From: Breznakia blatticola
GTDB taxonomy: Bacteria; Bacillota_I; Bacilli_A; Erysipelotrichales; Erysipelotrichaceae
DNA: 32,000 bases
Assembly (NCBI RefSeq): GCF_004365815.1
Contig: NZ_SODD01000017.1
Coordinates: forward strand, 1-32,000
Reading direction: 5' to 3'
In this document: one piece after another, positions 26,808 through 32,000 of the stretch
Layout of the letters: each line of letters starts with the position of its first letter
How positions within the stretch are numbered: the first letter of the stretch is position 1
Notes under the pieces: model-generated
The model's input: only the letters and a program-made list of their open reading frames with translations
Database searches by the model: none
What the model was told of the DNA's origin: nothing
Made by a program: the position numbers and the translations under genes

Positions 26808-26835
26808 CCAACCTTTTGGACTTTAAAAAGTCTTA
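26808..26835 (+). promoter_or_regulatory. Candidate ECF-type promoter CCAACCTTT-N13-GTCTTA upstream of sigma gene 2
   Basis: Exact shared 9-mer with the same AAC-N17-RTC spacing. It ends 31 nt upstream of ATG 26866. Confidence 0.45.
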
Positions 26836-26865
26836 CGTATATGATGTGTGAATGAGGAGTTTTAA

Positions 26866-28161
26866 ATGAACAAACGGATAGATGTAACTTATGTGCGAAA
26901 GTTACAAGAAGGAGACCTTACTGCCTTGGAGGAAATATATCGTTTTTACCAAGGGCCAATATATTATTATGCACTTTCAATTTTGAAAAATAAGCACGAT
27001 GCAGAAGAAGTTATGCAGGAAGTGGTGTATAAAGTGCAAACAAGAATTCATCAATTAAAGAATCCAGAGTCTTTTCATTTCTGGATGTTTTCTATTGCAT
27101 CAAATGAATGTACTTCACGGTTGCGTGTACGTAAGCGATTCATCCAAACCGATGAAGAAAACACACTTGAAGAGGTGATAAAAGCAAAAAATAACCAAAT
27201 TAATGATTTTAATAATTCGACACTAATGGGTGCAATATTAAATTCATTTCAAAAATTAAGTGAGAATAATCGAAGGACAGCTGAACTACGTTACTTGAGT
27301 GGACTAACTTTAGAAGAAATCGCAAAAGCAACACATGTGGAAACGAAAACTGTAAAGAGTAGGTTGTATGAAGTACGAAAGATGGTCTCAAGTGACTTGA
27401 AAGAGCAAGGTTATCATCCACGTAAATATTTTACATTTTTGGGGATTCCACTGTTTTATAAGGAAATGCAGTTAACTTTTCTTAAAGAGCGAAATAAAGT
27501 TCTATTAAAGGACTATTCGTCAATGCAAACATTGATGCAAATTATCACTAATGCAGAAAAGATTAGTCTATTTTTAAGTTGTGCAATTGCATCGGTAGTA
27601 ATAACTCCCGTAATACCAGCAATAGTTAACGTTCCAACAAATGATTTGATTGTACTTCCTGCAACTGCATCAAACATTCAGTATAAAAAGTCTGATCGTA
27701 TAGGTGTTATTGATACAATCTCATATATTCAAAATCCAATTGCTGGTCCTTTAGAAGTACGGGTGTATGTATACGATATGTCAAAAATAGAAAATATCTC
27801 TATTACTTATGAAGGTATTGAATGTAACTATCAAAAATATGAGACTTATGTAGGTATAAACGTTGTTAAAAATGGAAGATATCACGTACGAATAAATAAT
27901 GATGAAAAGTTTTTTGACGTAACAAATATTGATTATGATATTCCGATTGTTGAAAGATTGGATTTTTATGATGATTCATTTGAAATCGTTGTTAAGGTAA
28001 CTGTGAATCAAGTAGATGTTGAGAAGTCGTATCTATTGATTGATCAACAAAGAGTATCGTTTCCAAAAGATTTTATTGTGTCTGTGAAAGATGCAGAAAA
28101 TGTCGATGTGATCTTAGTTGATGATAAAGGAAATGAAAATTGCTTTAATTTTAAAAAATAA
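26866..28161 (+). CDS. ECF-like sigma-70 family sigma factor fused to a TM segment and a C-terminal extracytoplasmic domain (copy 2)
   Basis: GAGGAG SD. Region 2 is represented by DAEEVMQEVV...FHFWMFSIASNEC. The region 4 HTH is ELRYLSGLTLEEIAKATHVETKTVKSRLY. One hydrophobic span is encoded at nt 27562-27627. The C-terminal domain shares IQNPIAGPLEVRVYV, NGRYHVRINNDEKFFDVTNIDYDIPIV and LVDDKGNENCFNF with copy 1. Confidence 0.85.
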   Translation: MNKRIDVTYVRKLQEGDLTALEEIYRFYQGPIYYYALSILKNKHDAEEVMQEVVYKVQTRIHQLKNPESFHFWMFSIASNECTSRLRVRKRFIQTDEENTLEEVIKAKNNQINDFNNSTLMGAILNSFQKLSENNRRTAELRYLSGLTLEEIAKATHVETKTVKSRLYEVRKMVSSDLKEQGYHPRKYFTFLGIPLFYKEMQLTFLKERNKVLLKDYSSMQTLMQIITNAEKISLFLSCAIASVVITPVIPAIVNVPTNDLIVLPATASNIQYKKSDRIGVIDTISYIQNPIAGPLEVRVYVYDMSKIENISITYEGIECNYQKYETYVGINVVKNGRYHVRINNDEKFFDVTNIDYDIPIVERLDFYDDSFEIVVKVTVNQVDVEKSYLLIDQQRVSFPKDFIVSVKDAENVDVILVDDKGNENCFNFKK

Positions 28162-28162
28162 A

Positions 28163-28190
28163 CCAACCTTTAAAAGGTAAGTGCGTCGTA
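28163..28190 (+). promoter_or_regulatory. Candidate ECF-type promoter CCAACCTTT-N13-GTCGTA upstream of surface-protein gene 2
   Basis: Exact shared 9-mer starting 2 nt after the sigma stop. The -10 region reads CGTCGTA, the best match to the classical ECF AAC/CGTC layout. Confidence 0.5.
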
Positions 28191-28289
28191 CTGGTAAGGA
28201 TATATATGTGTGAGGAGGTAGCAATGATCAAGAGAAGAAAAGTGTAAATGTTTTAACAAAAGTTATGTGTGAAAATAAAGGAGGAAACT

Positions 28290-30716
28290 ATGTTAAAAAG
28301 AAATAAAAAATTTTTAGTTTTATTAATAGCAGTTATGTTTATTACAAGTACTGGTTTTACTGATGAAGTACAACCAAACGAAATCAATGAACCAATTGAA
28401 GATGAACAAACGACTTACGAAGAGAAAGTATTAGAAGATGAAAAAGAAGACACCAATGTATTTATAGTAGATGAAGAAAATACAACGCAAGAAGACGTTG
28501 TAGAAAAAAGTATGAATAATTTGACTCGTGCTACTGATGAAAGAGTCATATATGCACAAGATAATATTGGAGTTGAATGGATATTGTATGCTGATGGAGA
28601 ATTGGTTATCCATGGTGGTACCATCAATATCATTACAGATTCAAGCAAACGATACTTCAAACAATATTCAGATATTATCACCTCTATTACCTTCGCTGGA
28701 GATGTATACTATACACGCCCAGATGGAGGACTTGGTAACTATATGTTTGCTGACTTAAAAAACTTAGTAACTGTGAATAATTTTGATCGATTTAAATTAA
28801 GTGGAGATGCATCTGGATTATTTATAGCGTGTGAAAAGTTGAAAAATATCGATACAACAAATTTTGCCACTGACAATATTACAAATTTTACAATGATGTT
28901 TTCCTATTGTGAGTCACTTGAGTATATAAATGTAAGTAATTGGAATGTAGATAACGTAACATCTATGTGGTCAATGTTTAGTCATTGCTATTCATTAAGA
29001 GAAATCGATATATCACAATGGACGTTTAAAAATGCAACTGATATTTCCTATGTGTTTTATAGATGTCGAGAATTGTTAGAACTTGATTTTTCTAGTATGG
29101 ATCCAGTTAATGAAGTCACTAAGGAAAAGATGCTTGGTAGTGAGCTAGCAAGCTCAATGAGAAACAAACTGCGTAAAATAACACTTGGTAAAACCGCACT
29201 AGGTGCTAATACAGATATATATGCCAGAGATTGGAGAGAACTTGATACAGGCATCGTTCATTCGGCTAAATTTTTGGATACACACGATACAAGTAAAACA
29301 ATTACCTATATTTGGGATGCGAAGCATGCAGTTTTCTATAATCCAGCAGGTGGAACATTGACTGGTCCTGCAAAAGAGGAAGTTGATGTTATAGAAAGTT
29401 CATTTACTAAACCAACAGACCCAACACATGAGCATGCTACATTTGTAAGATGGTTTACTTCAAGATGGGATTATGATAAAAAAGAGCTTATTTATGAAGA
29501 ATGGGACTATAGTAGTATTCCAGTTCTAAACATGCCTTATACTACTGAAGTGTATGCAGAGTGGGACTACGATACTTATAAAATTTCATATGAATTAAAT
29601 GGTGGAACGATTAGTCAATTATATCCAACAGAATACAAGTATAATACAGAAGTACGGGGATTTAACACTCCATCTAAGGAGGGATATTTCTTCCTTGGAT
29701 GGTATGATGCAAATGAGGGTGGTAACAAAGTAACTTCGATTAGTTCAACAGAATTTGGTGATAAAAAACTATATGCACGTTGGTCTCCTAGAATGTATCA
29801 AATAACTTATGAACTAGATGGCGGAACAAACCACGACTCAAATCCAAGTTCATATGCATACGATACAGGTGTGAGCAAACTTGAAAATCCAACGAAAGAA
29901 GGATATACATTCATTGGATGGTTTGATGATGTAAATGAAGGTAATCAAATTACAAGCATCGATAAAAAGTCAAAAGAACATGTAACGATTTATGCACGCT
30001 GGATGGCAAATCAATATGCAATCATTTATGAGCTAAATGGTGGAATTAATGATACAAATAATCCGACTTCATATGCTTACGAACTAGGGGTAGACACATT
30101 TGAAGAGCCGACAAAATATGGACATACTTTTTTGGGATGGTATGATGCACCTGAAAAAGGTAATCAAATCACAAATATAGCGAAAGATTCTATTGGTCAT
30201 AAAACACTATATGCAAAATGGAAAGTAAATGATTACAAGGTAAACTATGAGTTAGATGGTGGAATAAACTCCCTTGATAATCCAATGCAATATACATACG
30301 GTATTGGAGTGAGTGAATTTGAAAAACCGAATAAAGAAGATTACACATTTATTGGTTGGTTTAATGCAGCAGAAGATGGAAAAGAGATTACTAATATTGA
30401 TGGTTCAACTGCTGAAGATGTAACATTATATGCACGTTGGAAAAAGAACGAGAAACCTACACCTCCTAGTGAAGAACCATCAAAACCTATTGAAAAACCA
30501 AATGACGATAAAAACAGTAATACAAATATAACCGATACAAATAATGACAAAGCAAATGTGAATGCAAGTGTAGCTCCTACTTTTAGCGGAACACAAGCAA
30601 ACGCACAAACTCCGGTTGATACAAGTGATAGTGTGAATCGAGATGCTCTATTATATGTTGGTATAATTTCGTTGTTATCGATTGTAGTTTTATTAAAAAG
30701 AAAACATTCAATTTAA
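28290..30716 (+). CDS. Secreted surface protein with degenerate BspA/DUF285-type LRRs, Listeria-Bacteroides (Flg_new) repeats and a sorting-signal-like tail (copy 2)
   Basis: ATG 28290 follows AAAGGAGG. Signal peptide MLKRNKKFLVLLIAVMFITSTGFT. LRR units such as NVSNWNVDNVTSMWSMFSHCYSL. Five Y.I.YELxGG...GW...YA.W modules. PVDTSDSVN is followed by a hydrophobic span and KRKHSI. Confidence 0.9.
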   Translation: MLKRNKKFLVLLIAVMFITSTGFTDEVQPNEINEPIEDEQTTYEEKVLEDEKEDTNVFIVDEENTTQEDVVEKSMNNLTRATDERVIYAQDNIGVEWILYADGELVIHGGTINIITDSSKRYFKQYSDIITSITFAGDVYYTRPDGGLGNYMFADLKNLVTVNNFDRFKLSGDASGLFIACEKLKNIDTTNFATDNITNFTMMFSYCESLEYINVSNWNVDNVTSMWSMFSHCYSLREIDISQWTFKNATDISYVFYRCRELLELDFSSMDPVNEVTKEKMLGSELASSMRNKLRKITLGKTALGANTDIYARDWRELDTGIVHSAKFLDTHDTSKTITYIWDAKHAVFYNPAGGTLTGPAKEEVDVIESSFTKPTDPTHEHATFVRWFTSRWDYDKKELIYEEWDYSSIPVLNMPYTTEVYAEWDYDTYKISYELNGGTISQLYPTEYKYNTEVRGFNTPSKEGYFFLGWYDANEGGNKVTSISSTEFGDKKLYARWSPRMYQITYELDGGTNHDSNPSSYAYDTGVSKLENPTKEGYTFIGWFDDVNEGNQITSIDKKSKEHVTIYARWMANQYAIIYELNGGINDTNNPTSYAYELGVDTFEEPTKYGHTFLGWYDAPEKGNQITNIAKDSIGHKTLYAKWKVNDYKVNYELDGGINSLDNPMQYTYGIGVSEFEKPNKEDYTFIGWFNAAEDGKEITNIDGSTAEDVTLYARWKKNEKPTPPSEEPSKPIEKPNDDKNSNTNITDTNNDKANVNASVAPTFSGTQANAQTPVDTSDSVNRDALLYVGIISLLSIVVLLKRKHSI
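29577..30445 (+). repeat. Four tandem 219-bp coding modules (Flg_new repeat), plus a degenerate fifth upstream
   Basis: Conserved Tyr codons at 29577, 29796, 30015 and 30234 are exactly 219 bp apart. Confidence 0.85.
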
Positions 30717-30815
30717 TGACTAAGGACTTTGTAGTAAATACTATGAAGTCTTTTTTGTTGAATCAAGGGGATTCTCGATAAATTGAAAAATAAAGTGATT
30801 TTCCTTACGAAAAAT

Positions 30816-30843
30816 CCAACCTTTTTCAAATATATGCATCTAA
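30816..30843 (+). promoter_or_regulatory. Orphan copy of the candidate ECF-type promoter (CCAACCTTT-N13-ATCTAA)
   Basis: Exact shared 9-mer and spacing, 100 nt after the adhesin 2 stop. No ORF with an SD follows before the hairpin at 31007-31046. Confidence 0.35.
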
Positions 30844-31006
30844 TTAATAGAAGGTAATTAGATTATTATTCTTCTTAGGATAGCCTATGTCCTACAAACT
30901 TCCTTATAAAACACACACATAAACACACAAACGGAAAAACACTAGGCGGGTATTTTATACCAAGTACAATTGAGGGATTGTACACTACTTACTATTTAGG
31001 TAAGTA

Positions 31007-31046
31007 AAAAGGTCAACTTTGCATGTATATGTTAAGTTGACCTTTT
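31007..31046. terminator. Long hairpin, terminator-like
   Basis: AAAAGGTCAACTT pairs with AAGTTGACCTTTT (13-bp stem, 14-nt loop). Confidence 0.55.
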
Positions 31047-31171
31047 CCATTATAAGATGGTTATAAACGGAGTTGATGTTTGTGAAATCCCTATGGCATT
31101 CAGCATACAAAGATGGTAGTATTTTAGTAACGGAATTATCGTTCATGCTATGGCGGAAAGGCGAGGGGATA

Positions 31172-31552
31172 ATGAGTAAGTATCAAGATGAAAAACTAGG
31201 GAATCAATTCTTGGGACAACTGAAAGACTTAAAAGATATTCATAATTATCATGAGTATGTTGATTTTGTGCGTCATTATATTGAGTACATTTGGGGAGGA
31301 AATACAAAGTTATTGGATACCAATCCATTTGGTGTAACATTATTAGCTACACATGAAGAATATGATGAAACGATTGCAGTTGTGGTGTTGTATCAAAGTA
31401 GTGATGTTGCATATGAGCAAATTATGAGTGCTCTTGAGGGACAAGCATATATGCAAACCAACAGTTTAAGTGTGATTAGTAATCAGTCGATGGATGCGGC
31501 TGCTAAAACACTAGCAGAAGATCATTCCATCCTATATTTTAAATTCTCGTAA
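31172..31552 (+). CDS. Hypothetical protein (126 aa), no recognisable motifs
   Basis: ATG 31172 follows GGCGAGGGG. The ORF is followed by a strong terminator. The longer track ORF from 31073 lacks an SD. Confidence 0.55.
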   Translation: MSKYQDEKLGNQFLGQLKDLKDIHNYHEYVDFVRHYIEYIWGGNTKLLDTNPFGVTLLATHEEYDETIAVVVLYQSSDVAYEQIMSALEGQAYMQTNSLSVISNQSMDAAAKTLAEDHSILYFKFS

Positions 31553-31596
31553 AAAACGTTCAGTTGTGTCGCATGATAGACAAACTGAACGTTCTT
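31551..31596. terminator. Bidirectional terminator between convergent genes
   Basis: AACGTTCAGTT (31555-31565) pairs with AACTGAACGTT (31583-31593), flanked by A and T runs. Confidence 0.8.
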
Positions 31597-32000
31597 TTAT
31601 AATTTGAGCATCATTGCGTTAATTGCAACAATGATGGTTGATGCACTCATCAAAATAGCACCAATTGCAGGAGATAGTATGATACCAAATGGTGCCAATA
31701 CACCAGCAGCAAGTGGGATTGCAATGATGTTATATCCTGCTCCCAACCATAGGTTTTGCATCATTTTTCTAGTTGTGTTTTTTGCAAGTGAGAAGAAGTT
31801 TAGTATATCCAGTGGATTGCTTTTTACAAGTACGACATCTGCGCTATCGATCGCAACATCAGTACCTGCACCAATAGCTACACCGATATTAGCACGACTT
31901 AATGCAGGGGCATCGTTAATTCCATCACCGACCATCATGACTTTTTCACCATGCGCTTGATAGGTTTGAATGATATGCTCTTTATCTTGCGGTTGCAAGG
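31597..32000 (-). CDS. Heavy-metal-translocating P-type ATPase, C-terminal part (gene continues beyond window)
   Basis: [36 protein letters not shown] hinge motif followed by the two C-terminal TM helices typical of P1B ATPases. Confidence 0.9.
   Translation of the reverse strand, partial: LQPQDKEHIIQTYQAHGEKVMMVGDGINDAPALSRANIGVAIGAGTDVAIDSADVVLVKSNPLDILNFFSLAKNTTRKMMQNLWLGAGYNIIAIPLAAGVLAPFGIILSPAIGAILMSASTIIVAINAMMLKL

Noticed and set aside
31073-31171. N-terminal extension of the hypothetical protein (track ORF starting at 31073)
   Set aside because: There is no SD before the TTG/ATG at 31073, whereas ATG 31172 has one. The extension also begins only 27 nt after the hairpin at 31007-31046.

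Overview
Low-GC Bacillota-type chromosomal segment, analysed by eye with no database searches. Most of it is ordinary housekeeping DNA: nudC, a CNNM/CBS hemolysin-family protein, an Spx-like regulator, an MsbA-type ABC exporter followed by niaR, addB-addA, a MacB/FtsX-type ABC pair with a divergent TetR regulator, a two-subunit class I fumarate hydratase plus malic enzyme operon, and the 3' end of a heavy-metal P-type ATPase. Mobile DNA comprises the 5' end of one ISL3-type element at the window start and a second ISL3-type element (about 7807-10150) that appears to carry a nested IS200/IS605-type element. The main item of interest is a two-gene cassette present twice in the same orientation (3587-7743 and 26866-30716). 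Each copy has an ECF-like sigma factor fused in one polypeptide to a transmembrane segment and an unrecognised extracytoplasmic domain. This is followed by a large secreted protein with 26-residue BspA/DUF285-type leucine-rich repeats, 73-residue Listeria-Bacteroides (Flg_new) repeats and a non-canonical wall-sorting-like tail. The exact 9-mer CCAACCTTT, followed at fixed spacing by RTC (an ECF-promoter-like layout), occurs upstream of sigma gene 2, upstream of both surface-protein genes and at an orphan site after cassette 2; a 7/9 variant with the same spacing precedes sigma gene 1. This suggests a self-contained, autoregulated sigma/adhesin circuit without a separate anti-sigma. All functional statements about the circuit are inference and need TSS mapping and profile or structure searches.
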